DNA of 64,000 nt. Source: Octopus vulgaris. Lineage: Eukaryota. The stretch is taken from assembly GCA_951406725.2 (NCBI GenBank), contig OX597838.1:25048001-25112000 (forward strand), in the 5' to 3' direction. Under the pieces are notes generated by a model. The model worked only from the letters and a program-made list of their open reading frames with translations. It did not search any database and was not told the DNA's origin. This document shows positions 37,411 through 50,335 of this stretch, in pieces. The translations under genes were made by a program, and so were the position numbers. Each line of letters opens with the position of its first letter. Within the stretch, counting starts at the first letter, position 1.

Positions 37411-37510
37411 CTGTTACTTCTGACACGTGTTTCGAAGATATCACTGGTATTATTCCAAAGGAATAAAATGGTGTAAAACAATGTAATCTTCTCTTCAGTG
37501 TTAATTGTTA
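37411..37510 (-). ncRNA. Hammerhead-ribozyme-like motif with intact catalytic core
   Basis: Minus strand CTGAAGA-GAAGAT[long loop]ATCTTC-GAAA-CACGTG-TC. 6-bp stem II closed by G-C, palindromic stem III ACACGTGT and a GUC triplet. Stem I is poor. Confidence 0.55.
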
Positions 37511-37541
37511 ACAAGGGAAAAATTCACACATCTATTTATAT

Positions 37542-37584
<43 letters not shown>

Positions 37585-38022
37585 ACCGTGTCGGCCTTCT
37601 TTTTAGGTGCAAAATATACTGTCATGTGACACTGATGCAGGAATGTAGTGGGAAATGTATAAAAGTTTATAAACTTAATCATGCGTTCATTCTCTACAAA
37701 CACTCAGACAGAAACATTCAGAGTATTGATTGTTTGGACTTGTTCAGTCAACTGTGTCGGCCTTATCTTGACAACAAACATTGTTACTTGATACTAACAC
37801 ATGGACATAATGGGGAACTTACAAAAATCTATAAGACCAGTCATGTAACTATCCCCTACCAATCAAATCCTATTCAAAACGTATACTAATTTGAGCCATG
37901 TCCAGTCATAGAGTGACCAATTGTTTCACATCCATAAAGGGCTCAGCATTACTGGGGCTAAGCCCTTTGTGGCTGTAAAACTATAGGTCACCATGACCAG
38001 ATATAGACTTAATTACCTATAA

Positions 38023-38062
<40 letters not shown>

Positions 38063-38087
38063 TGTGTACAGTGCTCAGGTGCACTAC

Positions 38088-38460
<373 letters not shown>

Positions 38461-38557
38461 GTCTGTCTTCATGTCTGATGATTGCAGTCGTTTTTTTTAT
38501 GACTCTTCAGAAGAAATACCACTAAGCATTTTGCTCAGCATGTTAACAATTCTGCCG

Positions 38558-38730
38558 AGACACGATGAAGTTGTGAAAGTTTCACACTGGAAGCTTTGTC
38601 AGAAACAGCAGTTTGAAGCAGGAAGTGCAGGGTACTCTCACTGGGTAGAAACGATGCTAGAGTTGGAAAAGCGAAGGATTTTGTGGGATTTTCCCATTCA
38701 AACAGATAAGAAGACGGAACATGACAGACT
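38558..38730 (+). pseudogene. R4/Dong-clade LINE fragment (RHD and PD-endonuclease region)
   Basis: RHDEVVKVSHWKLCQK...RILWDFPIQTDKKTEHDRL matches the RHD...HWxLC...ILWDFxIQTD...RPD pattern. Confidence 0.8.
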
Positions 38731-38882
38731 AGTGTTTAACTGGTACAGACTTTATAGACCCCAGAAGAATGACAGGTAAAGCCAATCTTGGAGAAATTTG
38801 AAGTTAGTATTGATGGTGGCGGTGGTGGTGGTGGTGATGGCAGTAGTAGTGTTGCTATTGGTGGTGGTGAGGTGATAGTATT

Positions 38883-39233
38883 GGTAGATTGGTAGTGGTG
38901 GTAGTGTTGGGGTCATAGTGTTGTTGTTGTTGGTGGTGGTAGTTGATGTAGTGATAATGATAGTGTTGGTGATAGTATTTGAGGTGATAGTTTTGGTAGA
39001 TTGGTAGTGGTGGTAGTGTTGGGGTGATAGTGTTGTTGTTGTTGTTGTTGGTGGTGGTAGTTGATGTAGTGATAATGATAGTGTTGGTGATAGTATTTGC
39101 GGTGATAGTTTTGGTAGATTGGTAGTGGTGGTAGTGTTGGGTTGATAGTGTTGTTGTTGTTGGTGGTGGTGGTGGTGGTAGTTGATGTAGTGATAATGAT
39201 AGTGTTGGCAATAGTATTTGAGGTGATAGTTTC
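38883..39233. repeat. About three tandem copies of a ~110-120-bp GGT-rich unit
   Basis: GGTAGATTGGTAGTGGTGGTAGTGTTGGG...GTTGATGTAGTGATAATGATAGTGTTGG repeated. Confidence 0.85.
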
Positions 39234-40223
39234 GGTGTTGAGAAGGTGCATGGCTCAGTGGTTAGGGCATTCGGCTCACAAGCATAAGGTCATGAGTTCA
39301 ATTCCCAGTGACACATTGCGTCCTTGAGCAAGACACTTTATTTCACATTGCCTTAGTTCACTCAGCTGGCAAAAAATGAGTAGTACCCGTAATTACAAAG
39401 GGGCCAGGCTTGTCGCATTCTTTATTATGTTGGCACTCCCTGAGAACTACGCTAAGGGTACATGTGTCTGTGGAGTGCTCAGCCACTTCCATGTTAATTT
39501 CATGAGCAAGCTGTTCCATTGGTCGGATCAACTGGAACCTTCATTGTCGTAAGCAACGGAGTGCCAGTTGGTGGTGGCGGCGGCAGTAAACAGTAGTAGC
39601 AGAATGGAATTGGTGCTGGCGGTGACAAGGGAATTTCTGTGAAATTTAACAATTATTTTCAAAGCATTAAATTTGTGTGGGTAGATGGGTAGGGGAAAGG
39701 TGGTTGCGGTTTTTGGGGGTGGCAGTAGGAGTGATGGTGGCCGTGGTGATGCTGACGATTGTGTTGATGGTGTTAGCGGTAGTGGAGGTGGTAGTGATGG
39801 TGATGATGGTAGAGGAGATTATTAAGTAGTAGTGGTAGTAGTAGTGGTAGTAGTGGTGGTGATTGTGGTGGAGTTGGTGGTGGTGGTGGTGTTGGTAGAG
39901 GAGATTATTAAGTAGTAGTGGTAGTAGTAGCAGCAGTGGTGGTGATTGTGGTGGAGCTGATAGTGGTAGTGGTGGTGGTAATATCGCCACCAATCATGAA
40001 TGATGGAATTTTAAGAAATATTCATTGTCGAAAATTAAAGTTTTACTGGGGGGTGGGGAAATGAGTCGTTGAGGGAATTCAGCTGCCATTTCTTGCAAGC
40101 TGTACGACCCCGGAGAGGCTTCCTCTTCAAGGAGCTGAGCAGTCTTTGTAGTAGTAGTGGTGGTGGTGGTAGTGGTAGTGGTGGACTTATTCGTTCAGAA
40201 AATTTTCTCCCGCAAGGACTTAC

Positions 40224-40255
40224 TTCACCATAACAAAGTTGGCAATGATCTTCAT
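40224..40255 (-). CDS. Candidate alternative first coding exon MKIIANFVMV(K/N), phase 2
   Basis: Minus strand ATGAAGATCATTGCCAACTTTGTTATGGTGAA then GTAAGT. An in-frame TAG lies upstream. Unique, CpG-retaining context. Motif evidence only. Confidence 0.3.
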
Positions 40256-40469
40256 AAATAATTGCTACGGAATGATTAATCTGATGTAATTTCCAGCCTC
40301 TCTCATGCACACACACACGCACACACAATCTGCATTGTTTCTCTAATCACATTCTCCTTACTAAATTCATTCTTTTCCCTCAACATACACACACAGTTAA
40401 CATACATATATGTGTGTGTGTGTGTGTGGGAGTTTTATGTGATTACTATATAAATATACATAACTATAA

Positions 40470-40504
<35 letters not shown>

Positions 40505-40798
40505 TATATATACATAAGTGGGAGGTTTATTTGATAACTAAATCTATATACATATAGACATATACATATAGACATATACATACATATATAAATATACGTA
40601 CACATATATACAGATATATATGTATGTATATATGTACATATGTATGTATGCATGTATGTACATATGTATGTACGTACGTACGTACGTACGTATGTACGTA
40701 TGTACGTACATACGTATGTAGGTATGTATGTATGCATGTATATATGTGTGTATATCTATCTTTCAAATCACTTCCTAACTCTTTAATATATCTCTTCC

Positions 40799-40840
<42 letters not shown>

Positions 40841-42082
40841 CTTTTGCAAAATACACAAACAATTTACACTACCTGAAATATTTAGGAAATAAAAAAACTG
40901 TTTAAAATAGTTTTGCAGTTTGTACTCTCTGCTGTCACCACCACCACCACCACCACCACAACTACCACCACAGCCACCACCACCACCATCATCAAAATAA
41001 CTATTACTGCCACAGCTACCACCACGACATACACCACAACTGTCAACACTACCACCACCACCACTACCACTACCACAAATACCAACACCAACATCACCAC
41101 CACAATTATCAATATTAACATCACCACCACAGCCACCACCACTAAAACTACCAACCCCACCACCGTCACTGCCAAAACCAGCACCGCCACCCCAATACAA
41201 GTGACTCACTCACAACTTCTTTCCTTATGAAAGCGGAAATAAAAGTAAAAAAATTTGGTCCCTCACTCCCTCCTCGTCCCCTCTCAATACAAAAAGCCCC
41301 CACCACCACCACCACCTCCAAGAAAACACCATTTTATCTCAATCCAATGTTGTAAGAGTTTGTTCTTGTTGCTGTTGCCGTTCTTGTAGCTGTTGTTGCT
41401 ACTGTTTGTCTAGTAGTTGTTGATTTTAGTCGTCTTACACAGAATTTAAAGAGTGAATTGGAGAAAGCCGGACAATCCGGATGATACAAGATATATCTGT
41501 TTGATTAACTGATTGATTAACGAAGCAACGAGGGAGTTGGGACATGTCAAATCTCTCTCGAATATTACTCTAATATCTTAAATGGAAGAACACTTTCAAT
41601 AGTGTAATCCTAGATACATGATGTCAGCAGGGAGTATGGAGGATGCAGGGGTGAATGGCAAGATGTCTGTAGGCAGAGCATCTTTGGTCATAGGTTTGCT
41701 GGCTCTATGCTGGTTTCTGGTTAAGAGGTGGAGGAATGCTGATGTGGTTAAGAAGTTGGCTTCCCAATCATGTGGTTCTGAGTTCAGTCCCACAGTACAG
41801 CATCTTTTAGCTTGGGCCAACAAATACCATGTCAGCACTTTATAGGTGTGAAACCAATGGTCACTCTCTGACCAGCCATAACAGACAAACTTCTGAATAT
41901 ATGTATATATATATCATCATCATCATCCTTTAATGTCTATTTCCCCTGCTGCTATGGGTTGGATGGTTTGACCAGAGCTAGCAAACCAGAGAGCTGCACC
42001 AGGTTCCAGTCTGATTTGGCTTGGTTTCTATAGTTGGATGTCCTTCCTAACGCCAACCACACACAGATGTATGTATGTATGT

Positions 42083-42147
<65 letters not shown>

Positions 42148-42288
42148 CAAGAAGTTAAATAGACACCTTCAATTTTCAAAATTTCTGATCTAACATATTA
42201 AATATGTTTTCAGTGGTGTAGAATTTACAATGTAATTATTCCTTTTCATTCCAGGTGCCATTATATCAAACATTTGCGAAGAGTAACC

Positions 42289-42677
42289 ATGCCACGCATA
42301 AAAAAATTCAGCTCAACTGTCAGATTTTCAAAGAGGTTGTATTGTTGGGCAAAACTTGCTGAAAATCTTCAAATTCCAGTGAAAAATTGCCGAAAATCTT
42401 CAAATTCCTCTTGCTACTGTTAATAGAATTATAGTGCAATTCAATAGCCAAGGAAAAGAATCAACAGATTCTTGTCCTGGCTGACTTGGGCCCTCAGAAA
42501 AGAAGCTTCACTGTTTGAAGAAAATTGTGGAAAAAGAACCCCATTCAAAGGCTTCTGACATTGCAAAACAGCTAGCAGTTAGTCTAAGAATGTGTGCTAC
42601 ATATCTGCATAAGCTTGGGTATTATGGACGAGCAGCTAGAAGAAAACCTCTCCTTCAACTAATTAATATCAAATAAA
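42289..42677 (+). pseudogene. Tc1-family transposase N-terminal (HTH) remnant
   Basis: [29 protein letters not shown] and YLHKLGYYGRAARRKPLL, with stops and frameshifts. Confidence 0.85.
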
Positions 42678-42773
42678 AGATTTTGAAAATTAAATGTGTC
42701 TATTTACTTCCTGCATATGTGTGTACATGTATGTATATTACATACATATTACATACTACATAAATGTGTGTAA

Positions 42774-42803
<30 letters not shown>

Positions 42804-42804
<1 letters not shown>

Positions 42805-42990
42805 AAGACTGGAAAAATTTGTTATATTTCTAATTCCATGTTACCCATGTTTTATTACAGGATAGGAGTTTCAAAGGATAGGAGATTCTAAACAATATTT
42901 TCTCTACATGTAGACTTTTGTAACTCCTATCTTATAATGAAACACATGTGACATAGAATTTTTAAAAAATACCAAATTCTTCCAGTTTTT
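42804..42990. repeat. Imperfect fold-back (MITE-like), ~75-bp arms
   Basis: ACTGGAAAAATTTG...GATAGGAGTT pairs with AACTCCTATC...CAAATTCTTCCAGT. Confidence 0.7.
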
Positions 42991-43323
42991 ATGTTTTCAT
43001 ATCTAATTACTCTGCAAACAGACTTCCCAAGAAATTTCAAATGTTATGTATATCTTGTGTACAATTTAGCATTAACATACATACATTGGATTAATATGAA
43101 TAAGCAGATGTGTTTCATGAGGGACACTGCTTGGATTGTTAAAAAAAAAAAAAAATTATAAATATAAATATAAATATAAATTAATAATTTTAAATTTAAA
43201 TAATCTAAATTTTTTATATTTTATATATTTTGTAAATTATATCAATTATTTTTATTTTTATGTTTTGGTTTATGTTTTTCACTGTTTGATTAGCCTAATA
43301 GTGGTTTTATCTCTAATTTAATT

Positions 43324-43365
<42 letters not shown>

Positions 43366-43914
43366 CACACATACACACACATGCATATATATGTATCATC
43401 ATCATCATCTTCACTGTTTAACATCTGCTTTCCATGCTGGCATGGGTTAGATAGTTTGACCGGAACTGGTAAGCCGGAGAGCTGCATCAGGTCCCAGTCT
43501 GATTGGCATGGTTTCTACAGCTGTATGCCCTTCCTACACAAACACATACGCATGCACGCATGTGGGTTTGTGTGCATGTACATATACATCTATATACATA
43601 TACATCTATACATCTATATATATATAGAAACACATACATTCATATATATCATCATGAGAGTCATCATTCAATGTTGGTTTTCCATTCTGGAATGGATTGG
43701 ATGTTTCGACAAGTCTGAAGGCTGCACCAAGCCCTGCTATCTGCTTTGGTATGATTTCAATGGCCGGATGCCCTTCCTTCCTAACACTAACCACTTTATA
43801 GAGTCAACTGGGTGCTTTGTTTTTCATGGCGTTAGCACTAAAGAGATTTCCAAATAACTCACATGACAAGACCCCTTGACCAGGGTGAGGGGGAGTAGAT
43901 AGATAGTAGGTATG

Positions 43915-44312
43915 TGTGTGTGTGTGTGTATTTTTGTGTCTGTGTTTGTCCTCCCACCATCGCTTGACAACCAGTGTCGGTGTGTTTACATCCCTGTAAC
44001 TTAGCAGTTCGGCAAAAGAGATGCGTGGCATCTTGGGCAAGTGTCTTCTGCTATAGCCCCCGGACTGACAAATGCCTTGTGAGTGGATTTGGTAGACGGA
44101 AACTGAAAGCTGTGTTTGTCCCCCTAGCATTGCTTGACAACCAATGCTGGTGTGTTTACGTCCCTGTCACTTAGCGGTTCAGCAAAAGTGACCGATAGAA
44201 TAAGTACTGGGCTTACAAAGAATAAGTCTCGGGGTTGATTTGCTTGACTAAAGGCAGTGCTCCAGCATGGCCGCAGTCAAATGACTGAAACAAGTAAAAG
44301 AGTAAAAGAGAG
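43915..44312 (+). mobile_element. Rearranged or nested SINE family A
   Basis: A 3' segment, then a body segment, then a complete 3' half. Confidence 0.75.
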
Positions 44313-45084
44313 AGTAGGGTTCATCTGAGTAAAGCAGTAACCAAAGAGGTCCAACAGGTAAAAAAAAAAATCATTGAGAAACACTTATATAAGTGAAACC
44401 AAGGATTGAATAAGGTAACCTCACTCAAGTACCCTGTCATTTAAAAAAAAAAGTGATACATTGGATAATGTGGCCCTAGATAGACTACAACCAAAAATGA
44501 AAGTAAAAACAAATGTATATGAAGCAGGATGGTTGGTCATGACTGGACTTAGGACTGATCAACGGCAACAACAACAGCAATATTGATTTATTGATCTCCT
44601 CTCGGATTCTTCTTCGCAAATTTGACACCAAATCAAAAAAGAACAATGAACACGCATCTACGAAGGAATGAATCCACATTGGACAATCCATACAAAATAC
44701 CAATATACGTGGGTGTCTTAACGACTGCATGTGTCTTTTCTTTTTGTTTTTTATTGATGCAGTTACTGTTGCAGTAATGTGCAACCGTCTTTCAGTGCAG
44801 TGATTTGGCTACTGCCCCAACTACATCCAAAGTTACTTTTTAAAACATTCTAGTCAACATCTAGTTATTGGGCCCTTGTGGCTAACAAAAGAATAAATTA
44901 TTATTATTATCATAAATTCTGGGCGTACACCTGTGAGAAATAAAAGAAGGTCTTTTACCCTGTTTATCAGATACCCGTGGCTTTTGTGGGTTTATCCACG
45001 AGGGCCTTAAAGCGCCTCTCCTATTGGGAGTCTTAATTTGTTTCATTTTTTATCGTTATTTATATTGTTTACACAGGAGTGTTT

Positions 45085-45725
45085 ACGCAGGAGTGGCTGT
45101 GTGGTAAGTAGCTTGCTTACCCACCACATGGTTCCGAGTTCAGTCCCACTGTGTGGCACCTTGGGCAAGTGTCTTCTACTATAGCCTCAGGCCGACCAAA
45201 GCCTTGTGAGTGGAATTGGTAGACGAAAACCGAAAGAAAGCCATTGTATATATATATGTACATATATATGTGTGTGTGTGTGTGTGTTTGTGTGTCTGTG
45301 TCTCTCCGCCTACCATTGCTTGACAACCAATGCTGGTGTGTTTACATCCCCGTAACTTAGCAGTTCGGCAAAAAGAGGACAATAGAATAAGTACTAGGCT
45401 TACAAGGAATAAGTCCAGGGGTCGATTTCTTCAACTAAAAGGGCGATGATCCAGCATGGCCACAGTCAAAATGACTTAGATAAGTAAAAGAATAAAAGAA
45501 TTATGATTAAGGCAGTGAGCTGGCAGAATCGTTAGCACACCGGGCAAAACGCTTGGTGGCATTTCGTCCATCTGCACTCTCTGAGTTCTAATTCTGCTGA
45601 GGTCAGCTTTGCATTTCATCTCTTTGAGGTCAATAAAATAAGTACCAGTGGAGCACGGGGCTCAATGTAACTGACTTAACCCTCCCCTGAAATTGCTGGC
45701 CTTGTGCCAAAATTTGAAAGCAATG
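45085..45725 (+). mobile_element. SINE A (45085-45500) followed by SINE B (45509-45725)
   Basis: Matches to both family patterns. Confidence 0.85.
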
Positions 45726-46419
45726 TTTCTAGATGATATGATGCATGTTGCACCCCCTATACAAACAAACAACCAGGTAAACTGAAGTAATTTGACATTA
45801 AGTGGATTTCAGATAGGTAAGTCAAAGCAAATGTAATGTGTGGCAGCGGTGACACTGACAACGGAGGCCGAAGAGAGGCTGTGAATGGGAGAATGAGCAA
45901 GAGACAACAGACAGGAAATGAAAGCTTAGTGGCATTTCATCCATCTTTATGCTCTGCGTTCAAATTTTGCTGAGGTCAACTTCACCTTTCATCCTTCCAG
46001 GGTTGATAAAATAAGTATCAGTGAAGTACTTGGGTTGATATAATCAACAAACCCCACCCTCCTCAAATTTCAGGCCTTATGTTTATAGTAGAAAGAATTA
46101 TCTATAAAAATAAAAGCAAAATTCTGTCTGTCTGTCCATCTGGGACCCCTGTATCTCGGTCTACATTTGCTCAACATAGATATATATTATAACTTTTTGA
46201 AATCAGGATGGTCCCAGGATTGAAAAATCTGCCCTTCATTTGGTTCTTGACCAACCAGACATGTTTTCATGGAAGATTGGAAACAAAGGACGCCACTTGC
46301 ATGACAGTGCCTGTGCCTATGTTATTTATTTTATTTTATTTTTTCAAACCAAGATTGTTGAATCAATCTGGCACCACCACCAGCAACACACACACATATA
46401 TACAATGGGCTTTTTTTGC

Positions 46420-46822
46420 TTTCTTATTTCTTTATTGCCCACAAGGGGCTAAACACAGAGGGGACAAACAAGGACAGACAAAAGGATTAAGTCGATTTCA
46501 TCGACCCCAGTGCGTGTGTGTTTATTGAGCAAAAACACCTAAAGCTCCACAAGGCTCTGGCAGGGGGTGGTGGTGACCCCTGTTGTACTCTTTCACTCCA
46601 ACTTTCTCTCACTCTTTCTTCCTGTTTCTTGTCGCCGACTTCCTACGCAACCGCCGAGCCTGGATGCGCATTCATCCATCCGTCGATGCTCTCGGTGTCG
46701 GGGGTTGACCTGCTTTCTCTTCTGCGGGTCTTACAAATAGCAAAGGATCACGTTTCGGACTTCTCCCACTACAGCTGGGACGAAGACCGCTTCGCTCAAC
46801 AAACAAACAAACAAACAAACAA
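46420..46822. mobile_element. SINE B tail (minus) fused to a family D body with an alternative CpG-rich 3' tail ending (AAAC)n
   Basis: GTGTTTATTGAGCAAAAACACCTAAAGCTCCAC matches the family D body. The sequence after 46620 differs from the 9793 copy. Confidence 0.7.
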
Positions 46823-48003
46823 AACCAGCAACAGCAGCAACATCAGCATCACCATCAACAACAACATTATCACCACTGATAATACTACAACCACTACCAA
46901 TACCATCAGCACCACTACCACTACCACCACTAACATCAGTATCACCACTACCAACAACAACAAAACTACATCAACAATGCCATCCCAAAAATATTACTCA
47001 ATCTGTTAGTAATAGCAGCCAAATCTCCCTCAGATCACACCTTAGGAAAGGACATGTTTAGTCAATGCTGTCTTTGCTACTCCACACAAAGGGAAAAGAT
47101 GGAATGGTCACAGTTGGAATGCCTTTGATAATGTGTTCAATTGTGGCTGACCTAGGGCTAAATGACATCAGTGAGGGGCGTGGCTGTGTGGAAAGAAGCT
47201 TGCTTCCCAACCACATGGCTCCAGGTTCAGTCCCATTGTATGGCACCTTGGGCATGTGTACTATAGCCTCAGGCCGACCAAAGCCTTGTGAGTGGATTTG
47301 GCAGATGGAAACTGAAAGAAGCCTATTGTGTATGGTTACATATATAGTTATGTGTGCGAATGTCTTTGTGTCTGTGTTTGTCCCACCACCACCACCACTC
47401 AAATCACACTGGACTGTCTGTGGTTACAAAAACAAACAGAAAAGAAATAAAAAAATAAGTAAAAAAAAAACAATACAGGATGGCCACAGATGGAGCGACA
47501 TATATTTTGGAGCAAACTTGGGGGTTAAATAACAATAACAATGCACAACCATGCAGTACAGGGAAAGAAAGAAAGGACAAAGAGAAAGAAAAAGATAGGA
47601 AGAGAAAGAGGAGAAAAGAAAGTGAAAATGGAAAAGAAAGAAAGAAAGACAAAGAAAGGAATGATGATGGTGATTTTGGCACAAGGCCAAGAATTTCAGG
47701 TGAGGGGAATAGAAGATTATATCGACCCCGGTCCTCAACTGGTGCTTATGTTATCGACCTCGAATGGATGAAAGGCTAAGCCGACCTCGGCAGAATTCGA
47801 ACTCAAGAACATAAGAACGGACAAAATGCCGCTAAGCATTTTGCCCGGCATGCTAACGATTCTGCCAGGTCGCCGCCTTAAGTATAATAAATAAGAGCAA
47901 CTATGGTTTCAAACGTTGGCAATAAGGGGTAGCTGGCAATTTCGGGGTAGCTGGTTAAGTCGGTTACGTCGACCCCCGGGTGTTCAACGGATACTCATTG
48001 TAT

Positions 48004-48085
48004 AGAAGAAGAAGAAGAAGAAGAAGAAGAAGAAGAAGAAGAAGAAGAAGAAGAAGAAGAAGAAGAAGAAGAAGAAGAAGGAAGA

Positions 48086-48116
<31 letters not shown>

Positions 48117-48261
48117 AAGAAGAAGAAGAAGAAGAAGAAGAAGAAGAAGAAGAAGAAGAAGAAGAAGAAGAAGAAGAAGAAGAAGAGAAGAAGAAGAAGA
48201 AGAAGAAGAAGAAGGAGAAGAAGAAGAAGAAGAAGAAGAAGAAGAAGAAGAAGAAGAAGAA
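48004..48261 (+). repeat. Long near-pure (GAA)n tract
   Basis: About 258 bp of GAA with a few interruptions. Confidence 0.97.
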
Positions 48262-48286
48262 CGATGAGGAAAGATATTTCACTTAC

Positions 48287-48297
48287 CAGATACCCAT
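48287..48297 (-). CDS. Candidate first coding exon end M-G-I-(W/C), phase 2
   Basis: Minus strand AAAAC-ATG-GGT-ATC-TG then GTAAGTGA. Good Kozak context and a consensus donor at the edge of a unique CpG-rich island. Motif evidence only. Confidence 0.4.
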
Positions 48298-48299
48298 GT

Positions 48300-48970
48300 T
48301 TTAGGGGTGGGTTTTCTTTCCCCTCTTTCAAAGTCTAACAACAACAACAACAACAGGGAGAACAAGAACAGGGAGTGTCACAAATACACGTGTGTGTGCA
48401 GTAGTAGAAGCAGTGTTGCGGGTGAAGGGTAGAGACATGGAGAAAGACATAGAGACTTGCGAGGCCGTCGGGGCGAAAAAAAGGGAGCGATACCGGTGAA
48501 TAGGGATCCAGCAGAGCGGTCAAGGGGCCGCAGGTACTTCTCCATTAACAACAACATCCCTGAACAGCGACGAACAAGGAACAACGGAAGAAGACTTGTG
48601 CTTCTTCATTCATTCATTCACTGGCAGACGACGACGACAGACAGTCGGCTTTTTTAGCATCGTTCATCTGGCATGGTCTGCTCCACCTTCCCTCTCGCTT
48701 TCTCTCTCTGTCTGACTGTCTCTCTCTCTATCTCTCTCTCTCTTTCTCTGTGTAATATCAGTCTGTCTAACCGGCGCTAGACCTAACGTCCGGTAAGTCT
48801 TTTTGATGATAACAATAACAAGAACAACAATGATTAAATCGATAAAGATAGGCAGCTGGCACCCTGGCCACGTCCAGTAACCAAAACAAACAGCAGACTT
48901 GGACGGAATCCACTTTGTGGCAGCGGCCGGCCCGGTTACCTCATCGCGTCTGCTTCTTTCTTATTCCTTC
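48300..48970. promoter_or_regulatory. CpG-retaining unique island, candidate promoter and 5' UTR
   Basis: Visibly more CpG than the flanks and no SINE. Outward-facing consensus donors at 48286 (minus) and 48793 (plus). Inr-like TCATTC and TCAGTC motifs. Confidence 0.5.
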
Positions 48971-49346
48971 GCCCCCACCTCTCTCTCTCTCTCTTTCTCT
49001 CCCTCTCTTTCTTCCCCCTCTCTCTCTCTGTGTTTCTGACTTTCTCTAAGCTACTCTTTTTTTTTTCTTTCTGTTTCTTTCTCTAAAAGTCTCTATCTCT
49101 CCCCTTTGCATGCACAAACACACACACACTTTATATGAAGCTAACCTCTAACTTTACCTCTCTATCTTTCATTACATCTGGAAAATATTCTTTATGCAAC
49201 AATGTAGGTGTGTATACATACATACATACATACATACATACATACATACATACATACACACAAACACGCCTACATGCTACATATGCATAATATATATGCA
49301 TATATATGTACACAAACGTATGTGTAAGTGTGTGTGTACATAAATG

Positions 49347-49403
<57 letters not shown>

Positions 49404-49930
49404 ATACATCTGAGAGAGAGAGAGAGAGAGAGACAGAGGAGACAGAGAAAGACAGAAAGGAAGAGAGATGACATTCAACATATAGAGAGAGGAGGAAGGG
49501 ATGGAAGGAGGGAGAAAGAAAGAGACAGACAGAAAGAAAGGGTGACACACACACACACATACACACATATACACATACTTATACATAAACTCACATGTCT
49601 ACTACATATAAATCCAGCCTCATTTGTATACAATCAGGGCTTTCAAGAGAAATTTAGCAAGGTGGAACGAAACAGTTTTTAAGCATTAATGGAAAGTGGG
49701 GAACGCATCCTCGCAAAATACAGGAGGCGGGGGGGCTGTAAGTTTGTTTTTTTCTCAAGGAGGGGCCCTACCAAGAGTAGTAAACCCTGAACTGATATAC
49801 CAGTTGGAAGCCCCTCTTACAGGCCCTAAATGCATATGTATATACACTTAAATGCAAGGATACTCATGCAGATGTTTACTTGCATACAGATACCCCCAGC
49901 CCCATATGGGTGTGTGTGGGTGTGTGGGTG

Positions 49931-50270
49931 TGTGAAGGTGCATGGTTCAGTGGTTAGAGCGTCAGGGTCACAATCATGAGGTAGCGAGTTTGTTCCCAGA
50001 CCAGGCTGTGCTGTGTTCTTGAGCAGGACCTTTTATTTCGCGTTGCTCCAGTTCACTCAGCTGTAGAAATGAGTTGTGACGTCACAGGTGCCAAGCTGTA
50101 TCGGCCCCTTTGCCTTTCTCTTGGATAACATCAGTGGCATGGAGATGGGAGGCTGGTATGCATGGGTGATTACTGGTCTTCCATAAACAGCTTTGCCCAG
50201 ATTTGTGCCTCAGAGAGGAACTTTCTAGGTACAATGCTATGGTCAGTCATGACCGAAAGGAGTCTTTACT
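49931..50270 (+). mobile_element. Full-length SINE family E
   Basis: Matches the reverse complement of 9061-9394. Confidence 0.88.
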
Positions 50271-50278
50271 CGTATGTA

Positions 50279-50335
<57 letters not shown>

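Noticed and set aside
38005-38030. Minus-strand TTTATAG/GTAATT, and TTTCAG/GTAGTG near 40870, as recursive splice sites
   Set aside because: Weak donors and repeat-derived or short pyrimidine tracts, expected by chance.
44485-44784. 99-aa minus-strand ORF in unique sequence
   Set aside because: No recognisable domain, strong start context or flanking splice sites.
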